Positions 20,414 to 32,066 of a stretch of DNA of 64,000 nucleotides are shown here, in pieces (position 1 is the stretch's first letter; each line of letters opens with the position of its first letter). The translations under genes and the position numbers were made by a program. Under the pieces are notes generated by a model. The model ran no database searches. It saw only the letters and a program-made list of their open reading frames with translations, and had not been told where the DNA came from. Source of the DNA: a virus (taxonomy: Duplodnaviria; Caudoviricetes); the IMG/VR virus record IMGVR_UViG_2600255062_000003, positions 1 through 64,000 of that record; one strand, given 5' to 3'.

Positions 20414-20800
20414 CTATATGTCCAGTACAGCCAATAACGCAGCTTTGCAACGTTGTTCAGGTGTTGCGTGGATATAATCAAACATTCCTACATATTCGCC
20501 TGTACCAATAACAATCTGTTTTAATGCTATGCAATATTTAGCCTGTAATCTCAGTTCCTTGATCTTCTTTTCTGCTTCCCATGCAGATGATATCTCTAGG
20601 GAATAAGCTAGACATTCTCTCCATATCACGCCTGTATCAATTTCTTTAACAAAAACGCGCCTGTCGGGTATTGTATAGGTTACATGTTTATACTTAAATC
20701 CTGTTAAATCTTCACCATTAAACAATATCGTGTGAATATGACGGTCGATTTCCGCTGGTTCCATCGTCAACACTTGCTCCCGTGTCAATATTTGTGTCAT
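20414..20800 (-). CDS. Phage ABA-sandwich-domain-like protein
   Basis: YSLEISSAWE...ATPEQRCKAALLAV pattern. Confidence 0.6.
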   Translation of the reverse strand: MTQILTREQVLTMEPAEIDRHIHTILFNGEDLTGFKYKHVTYTIPDRRVFVKEIDTGVIWRECLAYSLEISSAWEAEKKIKELRLQAKYCIALKQIVIGTGEYVGMFDYIHATPEQRCKAALLAVLDI

Positions 20801-22178
20801 ATATTATATCCTCCTATATATTTTGATAAAATTAGATTTTTACGATCTTTTTAAGATCCTTATGAATTTCTTTAAATCCATCCCGTTTACCCTTAAGATA
20901 ATTTTTATATACTCCATCATTTAGACTTCTGATATCTTCTGTGTAAACCTCAATCATTTCTTCGATATAATATAATTCATATTCTAGTTCTGCTTTTTGT
21001 TCTTTAATTAGTTTTCGTGCTGTAAGCAATCTTCTAAAGAAGCCATTCATAGCATCGCCTCCTAATATAGTTTACTTTTACTATTTCAAATGATCTGCAA
21101 TTCTATTTTTGGGCAATCTCATTAAAATGGCTGCTCCAAAATCATTCAATGCGTCCTCACCTTTAATCGACTCTTCGGGAATCCAAACTTCAAGTTTAAC
21201 TCGATAATAGCCTTTGTTCTTTCCTTTCTTAGATGGTGCGTAAGTGCTAATCGTCCCTGAAGGTGGAGCCAAAACCATTAAACTGTCATCATATTTTTCT
21301 AACACTTGATCTACATACATCCCAACCATTTCTTTATTAGCTCCAAAAATAACTTTACTCATTATGCTAATCCTCCTATTAGTATTATTAATACAATGTT
21401 ATATGAATTTATTATCTTGATAAAAGACGGCTTTTACGAAGATTCAAACCAATAGTTTCCCCTCAAGTTTATTGTATGCATTTTTAACTTTCTCACGAAC
21501 TTCTATGTATTCATTCATATTCTTGAACATATCAATAACATTATTATCTTTGACCACAAAACAATTATAGTAGTATTGAATTAATTTTTCTCCATTGTCA
21601 TCTTGCTTGATTTGACATCCTAGTACAACTGCTCGCTTAATTTTAAATTCTACATCTGTAATGGAGTCGCACTTGAGATAACTGTGTGGACAAAGTTCTT
21701 TGTACTTATCAATAACATTGTTGCTTACTTTCATTTCAATTCATCTCCTATGTATTATTATTGTAAATGCCATTCGTCAACATATGTATTTTTCGAGAAT
21801 TCTTTATATAATTGATTATTTTTATTTACTTGATCTCTGTCATCTTTTACACCCAATTCGTAGCACATCTTTCTATGTCCTTCTCTAACTTCATCAAATG
21901 CTTTACTCCAAAATAATTTATGTATAATCGAATTGAACAAAATTATTTCACCTTCCTTCCCGTTAGATTAACGAACTTGCCAAACTTCTCAATTTTATAT
22001 GGCCTTGGAGAGCTGGATTGATATTCCAATAATTCATTATAGGTTTCTTCGTTAGGCTTAAACTCTGTGCCTTTAAAATTAGTCTTTTCTCCAATAATAA
22101 ATGTTGTTGATCTAGGATCACCATCAACCCAACAGATATCCAACAGAGTTTGTGCTTCATGACTTAATTGCATTTTTC

Positions 22179-22688
22179 TCATCCTCTCAACGACATAAAT
22201 AATATGACAAAATAATTAAATAACAGATGGCTACAAATCGGAACTAGAATATTGTTTGTCTTTTTGTAATAGTAGCTCCATATCACACCAATAAATACGT
22301 AACCAAGGAAACCTACGAGATTCCAGTGTGGTATTGCAAATAGTACAGAACTTAACATTGAAGCGATCCAAAAGTTATATTTCTTATTTAGCTTTGTGAA
22401 TAAATACTTTCTACAAATTAATTCTTCCACTATCGGGCTAAAAATAATTGCGTATATGTACATAATTGGTGTTTGAAAATGTGTTGCTGGCTGCTGAATA
22501 ATAAACAACGATGAAAGTTTGGTTAGAGCAGAGAATCCCATAATGGCGAAACACAATGAATTAAATATTGATTCTCTGTTTATTTTTGTATTTATCTGCT
22601 CATAATCTTCTCTGAACCAATACTTACCGTATTTCAGTATTAACCCCAGAATTATTGTTGGGGCTATATTTACAATGAGGGAAAACGT
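22179..22688 (-). CDS. CPBP/CAAX (Abi) intramembrane protease, 5' end uncertain
   Basis: PIVEELICR, FAIPH, HLLFN motifs; open frame extends to ~22690. Confidence 0.75.
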   Translation of the reverse strand, partial: TFSLIVNIAPTIILGLILKYGKYWFREDYEQINTKINRESIFNSLCFAIMGFSALTKLSSLFIIQQPATHFQTPIMYIYAIIFSPIVEELICRKYLFTKLNKKYNFWIASMLSSVLFAIPHWNLVGFLGYVFIGVIWSYYYKKTNNILVPICSHLLFNYFVILFMSLRG

Positions 22689-22818
22689 ATATCGTCACTC
22701 CCTTTGTCGTGGATGCTTTTCATTTCAACCACCTCCTAAATAAAAAGTACAGGCTTTATTTAACCTGTACTTATAATATCATATGTGATTATATTTGTAT
22801 ATATGTTTTTGAGTATTT

Positions 22819-23502
22819 TTATTTATTTAATTCATCGATGCTAACGGGGAATCTTTCTTTAGCCAATTCGATAACTGCTTTAGCATATTCTTGGATTTCC
22901 TTTTGAGCATCATGTTCAAGTCTCTGGTTTAGGAAATGGCAAACTCCCTGGAGTGATGTAGACCAATACCAACGCACATACATACCATACGCTGGGAGAA
23001 ACAGTCTTGCTTGTTCTGCACAGATCCCTTTTTCAATGGCCCACTCATAATTGCTTTCTGCATCCTCAATAGTTTTAATAAGTCGATATGTAGCTTCTTC
23101 ACCAAGCTCAAATTTAACAATATCTCCACTGCCTTGTTTTGAGTTTTCGGGTTTAGAACGCCACTCATTAAATGCTGGTACATGAAAGTTTGGCTCTTCA
23201 GTGATGTAGCGGCGACTAGATTCATTCCAAGCGTCCATTGTATGATCAGACCCAACGATATATTTCCACCATTGTCGTGCTACCATAAGAGGCGCATATA
23301 CTTCAAACTGAAGAAACGCATGTCTAAAAGGGCTAGTGTGGTCTTCTCGCGCTAGAAATTTAATTAGCTTGATATCCTTTTCAGTTAACTCTTTCGACTC
23401 TTTTGAATACGATACTCGTGCGGCATTTGCTACTGTAAGATCCGAACCCATTACATCTACTAATCGTACATAACCTTTATCTAGTACATCGATTTTGTTC
23501 AT
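22819..23502 (-). CDS. thyX: FAD-dependent thymidylate synthase
   Basis: AARVSY, HTSPFRH, ARQW, NESSRRY, EQAR, HDAQKEI; RBS supports ATG 23502. Confidence 0.92.
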   Translation of the reverse strand: MNKIDVLDKGYVRLVDVMGSDLTVANAARVSYSKESKELTEKDIKLIKFLAREDHTSPFRHAFLQFEVYAPLMVARQWWKYIVGSDHTMDAWNESSRRYITEEPNFHVPAFNEWRSKPENSKQGSGDIVKFELGEEATYRLIKTIEDAESNYEWAIEKGICAEQARLFLPAYGMYVRWYWSTSLQGVCHFLNQRLEHDAQKEIQEYAKAVIELAKERFPVSIDELNK

Positions 23503-23532
23503 ATTTAAATTCTCCTTTTGATCAATTTTAAA

Positions 23533-23553
23533 GGCAGTGGAATTACCACCGCC
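23533..23553 (-). terminator. Probable intrinsic terminator/hairpin
   Basis: GGCGGTGG-taatt-CCACTGCC followed by TTT. Confidence 0.5.
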
Positions 23554-23563
23554 CAAGATTATA

Positions 23564-24346
23564 CTAGTTAAATCGTTTTGCGCCCAGTTTAATTTGTCGT
23601 TTTACTTCTTCTTCAATTCTAGGTTCTGGAGCTTCCCATCCTTCAGGCTTGATTACCTTACCAACTTCATTATAGTGTGGCTTACCATCAGGGAAAATCT
23701 TGGACATGTTTGCTTGATGTACTAAATCAAAAATTCTATCCGGAACAACAGAAGCCTCAACAAGTCCTCCTTCAGCGAAATACTTGATATCAATTAAAGC
23801 ATCAATTTGCCCAATTAGACGATCTTCAGGAAAAGGCTTAGTGAGTTGTTTTTTATATGTTTCTTCGGCGTTCAAGATCAATTCAGCAAAAAACTTATCG
23901 AATCTATCTTTATCGCCAGCAGTAGCATACAACAGCTCAATCACTTCCTCAAGAATAAAAGACGCGCGATTGATTGCCAATTTATCTGACAGTACAGTTG
24001 GCACTTCTGGAGCAGGACAATTAAACGCTTTTTGGAACTCACGTACCTTGAAGAAATCACTAGCATGGTTATAATTTTGAATCTTCACATTCTTAAGATG
24101 AAGGTTTCCGTTTAAATCAATCTTAATAAATCCATCATTAGTAGAAGTCTGCTTATCCTTATATTTTCTGAGCATTTGCGTTTCGAACTTATTTGTACGT
24201 CTTTTATCTTTAATGAAGTATGTAACGACAGTAAAACCATTTAGTTGCCCCTTAACAACACCTTTTACCTTAAGCGGCTTGATGTAAACTTTGTCACCAA
24301 TATTATAAAATGGTTGTTTTACTTGCTCTTTATTTTTAGTTGTCAT
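23564..24346 (-). CDS. MazG-like NTP pyrophosphohydrolase with extra N-terminal domain
   Basis: VREFQKAF, EEVIE, DALIDIKYF, VHQANMSK, GKVIKPEGW. Confidence 0.75.
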   Translation of the reverse strand: MTTKNKEQVKQPFYNIGDKVYIKPLKVKGVVKGQLNGFTVVTYFIKDKRRTNKFETQMLRKYKDKQTSTNDGFIKIDLNGNLHLKNVKIQNYNHASDFFKVREFQKAFNCPAPEVPTVLSDKLAINRASFILEEVIELLYATAGDKDRFDKFFAELILNAEETYKKQLTKPFPEDRLIGQIDALIDIKYFAEGGLVEASVVPDRIFDLVHQANMSKIFPDGKPHYNEVGKVIKPEGWEAPEPRIEEEVKRQIKLGAKRFN

Positions 24347-24382
24347 ATGTATTGATTGCTCCCTTATGTCCCTGTTTTAGTT

Positions 24383-25351
24383 CTACTTATTAAAATCAAA
24401 CTTGAAATCTTCGTCTGTCATTCTTTCAATATTTGTTGTTCTGACATATCCATTCCCTTTTTTCGAAAAGAAGTCATGTTGCTTGGTGTTTGTACTAATA
24501 CCATTCTGTACAATTGGATTAATGTCTTCTTCAGGGAAATAATTATCAAATCCTAAGTTCTGTAAAGCACGATTCGCATTATAACGTACATACTTCTTTA
24601 CTTCTTCTTCAAGACCAATGACAGTATACAATTCATCGGTATATTCTGCTTCATTTTTATAAAGTTCGGCAACCAAATCAAGGACTTCTTCTTTTGCACG
24701 TTCTTTTTCACGTTTATTCATAGTTTCGTACACTTCTTGAGCAATTTTACCTGTATATAAGCCGTGTATGGCTTCGTCACGCAAAATAAGATCAATGATC
24801 TCACCACTGGCTGTTAATTTACCCTGTCCAGCCAAATACAGAGGATAAAAGAATCCACTGTAAAACAAATAGCTTTCCAAAAGAACAGAAGCAGCCAGTG
24901 CCATGTAAAAATCTCTTTTGGTTCTAATATTGATGTAGTATTGCTGTATGGTTTTAGCCTTTTGTTGAAGATGTTTATTTTGTTCAACCCATTCAAAAAT
25001 TTCATCAATTTCTTCAGTGGTAGCCAATGTGGTAAAGATACTGCTGTATGATTTGGCATGAATTTGCTCCATCATACCCATAAAACCAAATACTGCTTTT
25101 CGTTGAAGTCCTTCGACTCGCTCTAAAATTTGAGGCATTCCTACCCCTCCCTGAAGAGTATCAAGCAACGTCAAACCACCCAACACCCTTTTATATACAT
25201 CTTGTTCAGTCGGCATTAAATCAACCCAGCTCATTTTGTCATCGGATAGTGGAATCTCATCATCTGTCCAAAATTGTTCAATATTTTGCTTCCAAAATGT
25301 CTGAGTAAACCCATCGTCTTCTCTGTTCCAATTTACAGCTTTTAATGTCAT
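24383..25351 (-). CDS. nrdF: Class Ib ribonucleotide reductase beta subunit
   Basis: KAVNWN, LTLLDT, MEQIHAKSYS, ESYLFYSGF, RDEAIHG, HDFFS. Confidence 0.96.
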   Translation of the reverse strand: MTLKAVNWNREDDGFTQTFWKQNIEQFWTDDEIPLSDDKMSWVDLMPTEQDVYKRVLGGLTLLDTLQGGVGMPQILERVEGLQRKAVFGFMGMMEQIHAKSYSSIFTTLATTEEIDEIFEWVEQNKHLQQKAKTIQQYYINIRTKRDFYMALAASVLLESYLFYSGFFYPLYLAGQGKLTASGEIIDLILRDEAIHGLYTGKIAQEVYETMNKREKERAKEEVLDLVAELYKNEAEYTDELYTVIGLEEEVKKYVRYNANRALQNLGFDNYFPEEDINPIVQNGISTNTKQHDFFSKKGNGYVRTTNIERMTDEDFKFDFNK

Positions 25352-25371
25352 CTAGTTACTCTCCTGTTCGT

Positions 25372-27447
25372 TTAAATAGCACAACTTGTACATTCTTCTA
25401 CGGATAATTTTTTAGTACGTGTATAGTACAAAGATTTGAGACCTTTTTTATTAGCATACACATAGTATCTTCCCAATTCTTTGGTGGACACATCACTGTT
25501 TACATACAAGATTGTTGATACACCTTGATCGATATGTCTCTGAATTTCTGAGATCAAATCAATCATCTTGAACATATCCATATTGTATGCTGATTTATAA
25601 AAGAAGAAGTTGTCTCGTGCCAAAAACGGCATAGGATAATACGTTGTTGAATTAGCGTAAGTTCTAGTTTCAATTGGTTCAACGATTGGCATAACACTTG
25701 AAGTTGAATTTTGCACATAGCTTATAGATTGCGTTGGAGCAATTGTGAGTCTGTATGCATTAGCCAAACCAAATTCAGCAACTTGCGCTTTTAGTTTCGT
25801 CCAATCTTTTTTAGATGGAAGATTAATCCCTTCAAATAGCTTTTTGATCTTATCACTGACTGGATTGAAGTCTTCTTTTTCGTACACTGTAAAGTAATTT
25901 CCATTTGCATATTCGGAAAGTCCAAACCCTTTAAATGAGCCATACTTCTTAGAAAGTTCCATACTTGCTTCAAGAGAGTGAAAATTCATAGCAGCAAAAA
26001 ACGCTCTAACGAATTCAATGGCTTCATTACTTTCATAGGCAATACGGTTTTTCGCTAAAAACCCATGCAGGTTCATTGCTCCAAGTCCAATTGAATGCAA
26101 CTCATCATTGGCTAATTTCACACCGGGAGCATTACCGATGTTGGTCAATCTTGACACAGAGTCGATTGCATAAATTCCTGTGAATACAGATTCCTTGATG
26201 TTTTTAGATTCCATAACGTTCACAATGTTCAATGAAGCCAAATTGCAGCTAATGTCCTTACGGATTATGTCGTCTTGTCCATAATCGTTAATTTCTGAAG
26301 TTTCTTGTAGCTGAAAAATTTCAGTACATAGATTTGACATCTTAATATTTCCAATTCCTTTTAAAGCATGTGTACTATTAGCGTTATCTCTATTTACAAT
26401 GTATGGATAGCCAGATTCAAGTTGCGATACAGCAATTTTAGTAATCATATCTCTTGCATCTAGGCGCTTCTTTTTAACTGCTTCGTTCTTCAGCAGTTCT
26501 TCATACATCTCGTCCATATTCATGTCATCAAGATGAATTCCATAAGCTTTGTATACTGAATATGGTGCAAATACATATAAAGGTTTATCTTGTTCGGCAA
26601 GTTCATAAAATTTTTGAGGCACTATGAGACCGATAGAGAGTGTCTTAAGTCGGGACTTTTCATCGGCATTAATTTTTTTACTGTCTAAGAATTCTTGAAC
26701 ATCCCATCCAAAGATATTATAGTATCCAGCTCCTGAGCCTTTGCGTTGCCCCATTTGATCAGCATAGGAAAAAGCATCTTCCATAAGCTTCAAAACAGGA
26801 CTTATTCCTTTAGCAGCCCCCTCAACTCCTTTAATTGGTTCGCCTCGTCCACGCAACTTAGAAAGGTTTACTGCAACACCTCCACCTATCTTAGAGAGCT
26901 GCATACAAGTATTAAGTACATAGTTAATGGAGTTTAAAGAATCATCCATCTCAAGCAAAAAACAAGACACCATTTCTCCTCTTCTGCTACGTCCAGCATT
27001 CAAATATGTAGGAGTGCTGGGTTGAATTCGTTGCTCCATTAATCCTTTTAGAATGTTCACTGCCACTCCATAATGTCCTTGTGCCAAATACATTGCGACC
27101 ACACAATTGTGTTGTTCGATGTCCTCAAGATAACTGTTTTTATCGTTCGTTTTCAATGCATAATCGTTATAAAACTTTTGAATAGCCATATATGAAGCAA
27201 ATTTAAACTTGTAGCTATAAGCAATTTCATGCAACTTACTTACTTCTTCCTTGCTATAAAACTCGTAAAAATCTATGTAATAGTCATTTTCAATTAGATG
27301 CTTCATTCGTTCTTCGTTATTATTAAAATGTATTGTATTTTTAATGACTTCTTTTTCAAACTCTTTGATTGCTTCTAAATCTTTTTCAAGGTCAAAAAAT
27401 CCGTCTTTTTTCTTCATGATTAGGTTGTTCAATTCTAAGTATTTCAA
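25372..27447 (-). CDS. nrdE: Class Ib ribonucleotide reductase alpha subunit
   Basis: TPTYLNAG, VSCFLL, SNLCTEI, APTQSISY, C-terminal CTSC. Confidence 0.96.
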   Translation of the reverse strand: MKYLELNNLIMKKKDGFFDLEKDLEAIKEFEKEVIKNTIHFNNNEERMKHLIENDYYIDFYEFYSKEEVSKLHEIAYSYKFKFASYMAIQKFYNDYALKTNDKNSYLEDIEQHNCVVAMYLAQGHYGVAVNILKGLMEQRIQPSTPTYLNAGRSRRGEMVSCFLLEMDDSLNSINYVLNTCMQLSKIGGGVAVNLSKLRGRGEPIKGVEGAAKGISPVLKLMEDAFSYADQMGQRKGSGAGYYNIFGWDVQEFLDSKKINADEKSRLKTLSIGLIVPQKFYELAEQDKPLYVFAPYSVYKAYGIHLDDMNMDEMYEELLKNEAVKKKRLDARDMITKIAVSQLESGYPYIVNRDNANSTHALKGIGNIKMSNLCTEIFQLQETSEINDYGQDDIIRKDISCNLASLNIVNVMESKNIKESVFTGIYAIDSVSRLTNIGNAPGVKLANDELHSIGLGAMNLHGFLAKNRIAYESNEAIEFVRAFFAAMNFHSLEASMELSKKYGSFKGFGLSEYANGNYFTVYEKEDFNPVSDKIKKLFEGINLPSKKDWTKLKAQVAEFGLANAYRLTIAPTQSISYVQNSTSSVMPIVEPIETRTYANSTTYYPMPFLARDNFFFYKSAYNMDMFKMIDLISEIQRHIDQGVSTILYVNSDVSTKELGRYYVYANKKGLKSLYYTRTKKLSVEECTSCAI

Positions 27448-27794
27448 ATATTTTTTATCCTTTCGTTTATAATTTCAATGTCCATTTGGTTGCCTGAGAG
27501 TTCAAATTTGTGAATCAAAGGAATACAATATTCATGTGATATAATTTCTGCTGCTCTACCAAACTTAAGTCCCCAGTTACGGTTACCACTAGATATAACG
27601 CCCTTCATATAATACTCATTATTTTTAACAAACTCTGCAACTCTTTTGGGTACTTCTCCAAATCCAGTTGTATACGTAACTAAAACGAAAGGTTCATCAA
27701 CGAGTAATCCATCATTGATCTTAATATTTATCATTCCTAGTTTCTTTACAAATCGTTCTACGTTGCCTGTAAGTGAGTCATATACAATTAACAT
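27444..27794 (-). CDS. nrdI: Flavodoxin NrdI
   Basis: SLTGNVERF, SGNRNWG, KFELSG. Confidence 0.93.
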   Translation of the reverse strand: MLIVYDSLTGNVERFVKKLGMINIKINDGLLVDEPFVLVTYTTGFGEVPKRVAEFVKNNEYYMKGVISSGNRNWGLKFGRAAEIISHEYCIPLIHKFELSGNQMDIEIINERIKNI

Positions 27795-27845
27795 TCGATT
27801 TCTCGCATTTCAACCTCCCTATGCCCTGCCGCCCACCCATGCAAT

Positions 27846-29804
27846 TTACTTATGTTTTAGTCTATCTTTTTCTTCTGCTCTCTTTGCAGAATTGAAACGA
27901 TTCAGATTACCGACTAAATATCCTGTAACCCTACGAATCCGTGAGATATTTTCTTCATCACTCTCTCCACAAATAGGACATTCTTTATTTATCACTCCAT
28001 CAAAATTACAAGATAAACATTTGTCTATAGGATGATTGACGCTGAAATAACCCATGTTTTTACTTAGTGCATATTGAACAATTCTCTTAAATGCTTGCAG
28101 GTTGTTCCTCGCGTTTCCATCAAGTTCAACATAAGAAATGTGTCCTGCATTAGTTAATTTGTGGAAAGGAGCTTCGCGCTCAATTTTTTCGTATGCTTTA
28201 ATCTCATAATAGACTGGCACATGAAAAGAGTTTGTTAGATAGTCTCTATCCGTTACACCCTCAATTTTTCCATATTGATCTTGAAGTAATTTTGCAAACT
28301 TACCTGCTAGGCTTTCTGCTGGAGTAGCGAAGCATGTGATATTCATATCATATTCATCAGATTTCTTATCACAATAATTCTTGATGTAAGAAATGATGCT
28401 ATATCCTGCTTTCCATGCATTTGGACTCTCACCGTGATGGACTCCAAATAGCGCCTTAAGACATTCAGCTAATCCTACAAATCCAATACTAATTGAACCC
28501 ACACGAAGCAAGTCACCAATTTTATCATTGGGCTTTAGCTTCTCACCGCCAATCCAAGAACCATTTTGCATCATAAAGTCACTTGCCTTCGCAGGTTGCT
28601 CACATTGAATATTGTAACGATGAACTAAACCTTCGAGAGCTACATCAAGAACTTCATCTAGCTTGTCCATAAATCCATCAATATCTCTTTCTTTACGACC
28701 ATTAACTATTCCATACTCAATTCCAAGTTTCGTAAGGTTAACAGAGTTAAAAGATAGATTCCCTCGACCAGACTGAGAAGGTTCACCAAAACGGTTTGAT
28801 ATTACACGGGTTCTGCAACCCATTGTTGCGATTGCTGTATCTGGTTTATCTGGGTCGTAATATTGAAGATTGAAATCAGCATCTACGTTAACGAAATTCG
28901 GGAAAAGACGTTTACTTGAACATTCAAGTGCTTTCATGAATAAGTCATAATTAGGATCAGATTCATATTGGTTAATTCCTTTTTTACACTGAAAAATTAA
29001 TTGAGGAAATATGGCTGTTTCTGAGTGTCCTAATCCATTGATTGATGCTGTTAATAATGAATCTGAGATCAACCTTCCCTCAGTCGATGTGCAAAGACCA
29101 AAGGTTACACTGGTAAACGGCACTTGTCCTCCAGCACGAGACGCCATTGTATTAAGATTATGAATCAAACTCTCAGATGCTTGATATGTTTCAATTTTAG
29201 TTTCTTCGGTTGCATATGTATAAGATTTCGGAAACACCTTGCTAAGTTCTACATTGTCTATATATAGTTGGTCATCTTCAACTTCTGAATAAAACTCATT
29301 AAAGTACTTTTGTCCTTTTTTAAAGTGCTTTTTGAATGACTTAGTTACATATGGTGCTAAATCCCAGTCAAACTTTGAAGCTCCACAGCCTCCATACTGA
29401 CTGTTTTGTTGGCATTGAAAAATAATAGCTGCTTGTGCCATTGCAGTCATAATTGAATTTGGTGATCTTACAGAACCTTTATCACTAACTTCAAATCCAT
29501 TTGCGAGTAGCTTGTCAAAGGGGATGAACAAACAGTTGTGTGTCCCAATTGCATAGTGGTCTAAATCATGTACATAAACATATCCTTCATCTATTGCCTT
29601 TGCCAGTCTTTCAGGCAACACAACATTCCGGGCATATAGTTTGCTAAATTCTGAACCAAATCTGTTCATTTTTCCACTATATGATTCACCGTTGAGATTT
29701 GCGTTCTCTTTCGTTATGTCTTCATTTTTGCCTGAAATAATTCCTTCTCCAATGTTATGCAATTCGGTATCATTATATTGTTGCGTATTTATCATCTCCA
29801 CCAA
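27846..29804 (-). CDS. nrdD: Class III anaerobic ribonucleotide reductase, no ATP cone
   Basis: HDLD, MGCRT, GRGNLSF, TPAESL, YLTNSFH, CxxC pairs, RRVTGYL glycyl-radical motif. Confidence 0.93.
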   Translation of the reverse strand: MVEMINTQQYNDTELHNIGEGIISGKNEDITKENANLNGESYSGKMNRFGSEFSKLYARNVVLPERLAKAIDEGYVYVHDLDHYAIGTHNCLFIPFDKLLANGFEVSDKGSVRSPNSIMTAMAQAAIIFQCQQNSQYGGCGASKFDWDLAPYVTKSFKKHFKKGQKYFNEFYSEVEDDQLYIDNVELSKVFPKSYTYATEETKIETYQASESLIHNLNTMASRAGGQVPFTSVTFGLCTSTEGRLISDSLLTASINGLGHSETAIFPQLIFQCKKGINQYESDPNYDLFMKALECSSKRLFPNFVNVDADFNLQYYDPDKPDTAIATMGCRTRVISNRFGEPSQSGRGNLSFNSVNLTKLGIEYGIVNGRKERDIDGFMDKLDEVLDVALEGLVHRYNIQCEQPAKASDFMMQNGSWIGGEKLKPNDKIGDLLRVGSISIGFVGLAECLKALFGVHHGESPNAWKAGYSIISYIKNYCDKKSDEYDMNITCFATPAESLAGKFAKLLQDQYGKIEGVTDRDYLTNSFHVPVYYEIKAYEKIEREAPFHKLTNAGHISYVELDGNARNNLQAFKRIVQYALSKNMGYFSVNHPIDKCLSCNFDGVINKECPICGESDEENISRIRRVTGYLVGNLNRFNSAKRAEEKDRLKHK

Positions 29805-30930
29805 TTAATTTAAAGTAAATCACTTTGAATGTCGCTATAGCTACAACCATAGGTAAAACCAGAAATACTAATGCCTTTGGCGAATTTATGATTTAAATTC
29901 TGATCGTAAGTGTTTTTATAGTATTCAAGCTTGGTTTCAAAGTTTTTCTCCCCGTTGATAATTACTTCTTCGTCCTCAAAACCGTCCATTTTGATTCTAA
30001 CTCCTACAAATGCAGCTCCATTGGCTTCTTCAAAGTTCTGAATAAGATCATTCATAGTTAATTTCAATTTTATATTGCCTCCTTTGCATTTGTGTAAAAG
30101 AACTGTTTTATCAACAATATTTATTCTTATAACAAGGTGTTATTAATATTTAATCTCAATCCTATCATTTAAAAAGTTATATAAATGATTAACAATCCGA
30201 CAATTTCTAAATTCCTCTACTCTTTCTCCTAGCAAGGCTCTAACCACTAGCCACCAGTCATCTAAATACTCCCTATCCTTATCTCTCTTTAAATACAATG
30301 AATCAGCAGCAATAGTCAACGCTTCAACTTCTCGTGGCAACATGCCCTCAACGATAAACCTTTTCAATTCATCATTCATATTAAGTTGTCCTCTTTTATG
30401 TATTTTTGTTTGATGCTACTTTATCAAATTCTCTCCATGCATCTTTCCATACATGTTCTTTCAATGCATCGTACTTATCAAAATTTTTATCGCCTAAGTG
30501 TTTTTTAAGTTTTTTCTTTATGTAGTTGTCTTCGTGTAGCTTTCTTTCGCTTTCTGTGCCAACGTCATCCAAAAAACAGTTAATCAGATGTTCGGCTAAT
30601 TCAAAACTTACGGTCATTTGATTTCTTCCACTTCTGTATGTTGATATGTCCCAATCTTTCATTAATAAAGTCTATTTTGTCTCTTTGAGCCTTCTCCAGT
30701 CTAATTCTGGCTTCTGTTTGTAAATCCAGATTTCTATTCAATCTTTCCAATGACTCTTTTAACAGTGCAACATTTACAAGTAACTTATTTGTCTCTTGGC
30801 TCATAATTGAGTCCTCGCTTTCAGTGCGAAATTATCATCTAGTATGAATAATAAAGAGTAGTTTTCTGTTGCACACCAGTAGTAAATGTAATCTATGCGA
30901 TAATCACCTTCTTTTTTCATTTATAATATC

Positions 30931-30959
30931 ATTATATTTGTTTATATAATCTAAGTCAA
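30931..30959 (-). promoter_or_regulatory. sigmaA promoter
   Basis: TTGACT-17nt-TATAAT. Confidence 0.75.
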
Positions 30960-31379
30960 CTGTTTATTTTCAATCTATTGGTGATAGGTTGAATTTAGTT
31001 TCACCAAAGATTAAGTCTTTAGCTGTACCGCCAAAACCATCAATTACATGACCCACAGATTTATCATTGTGTTCAATTACAACGACATTATATCTTTGAT
31101 CATAATGCATTCCACCCAATTTAAACTTTACTGGTACATTTTCATCACTAGTTAGAGTATTCAAGATAGAAACAAGCTCAGAACTGTGTTGTTCTCTGAC
31201 TGTTTTGTATGTGCCGACTGGAATTGTTATTGTGTAAGTCTTTTCATCGATTGAGAATGTAAACTCGTTGTTGCTGCTTGTGATGGGAATCGGTGTATTG
31301 ATGTCAATCGATCCCCATACTTGTTGACCGTAATTTATAGTAAACAACTCCTATCCTTGTTCTATTTAAAAGGTGCATC

Positions 31380-32030
31380 TTAAAGTAATCTTTCAACCAT
31401 TACACCTTTCTTTTTTACTTGATAATGACCAACATCCGAATCGATTGCTAACTTATATATTTCATTATTCTTATATGCATCAATGACAGGATACATTTTT
31501 GTTCCACCAAAGAGGTTCAAAGCTAATATGTTTGATTCGAATATGTCCTTGTTTGTTTTGATTTCAAAATCTGTTTTCAAGTATTGGTGTTCATTATAAT
31601 CATAGAAGTCTGCCACATCCACTGGCTCAAGCATAAAATCTTGAAACTCGCCCATTCCTGCTTCTTTAAGTTTATTTGAAAGTTCTTCAATGGAAACTAA
31701 AATGAATTCTTTTGGCTTTTTAGTGTATTCATATTCCATTCTTCGTAATGCTTTATATTCGTCATCTTTTGCGACCGCCTTGGTTGAATATTCCTTCAAA
31801 TGAAATTCTGTTATTTTTGATGGAACAATGAAACCATACTCTTCAGCCAACAAAATACTCAACGCCTCAGGGCTTCTCACTTTGTTGTGTTTCTTGATGA
31901 TTGTTTTACATAATTCCTCAAATTCTTCTTCGGAATATTCTTGATCTGAAACTATGTAATAATCTTCGTAATCAATATCCCAAAGTCCACTACTGACACT
32001 ATACAAATATACTTCGGACAATTCTTTCAC
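31380..32030 (-). CDS. Hypothetical phage protein
   Basis: 216-aa ORF bracketed by junction repeats. Confidence 0.65.
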   Translation of the reverse strand: MKELSEVYLYSVSSGLWDIDYEDYYIVSDQEYSEEEFEELCKTIIKKHNKVRSPEALSILLAEEYGFIVPSKITEFHLKEYSTKAVAKDDEYKALRRMEYEYTKKPKEFILVSIEELSNKLKEAGMGEFQDFMLEPVDVADFYDYNEHQYLKTDFEIKTNKDIFESNILALNLFGGTKMYPVIDAYKNNEIYKLAIDSDVGHYQVKKKGVMVERLL

Positions 32031-32066
32031 CCTTTCTTATCAAAGGTACATTTTATTCATTCATGT

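Noticed and set aside
7597-27447. Introns or inteins in dnaE, nrdE, nrdF (SPbeta nrdE/nrdF have them)
   Set aside because: ORFs are uninterrupted and of normal length.
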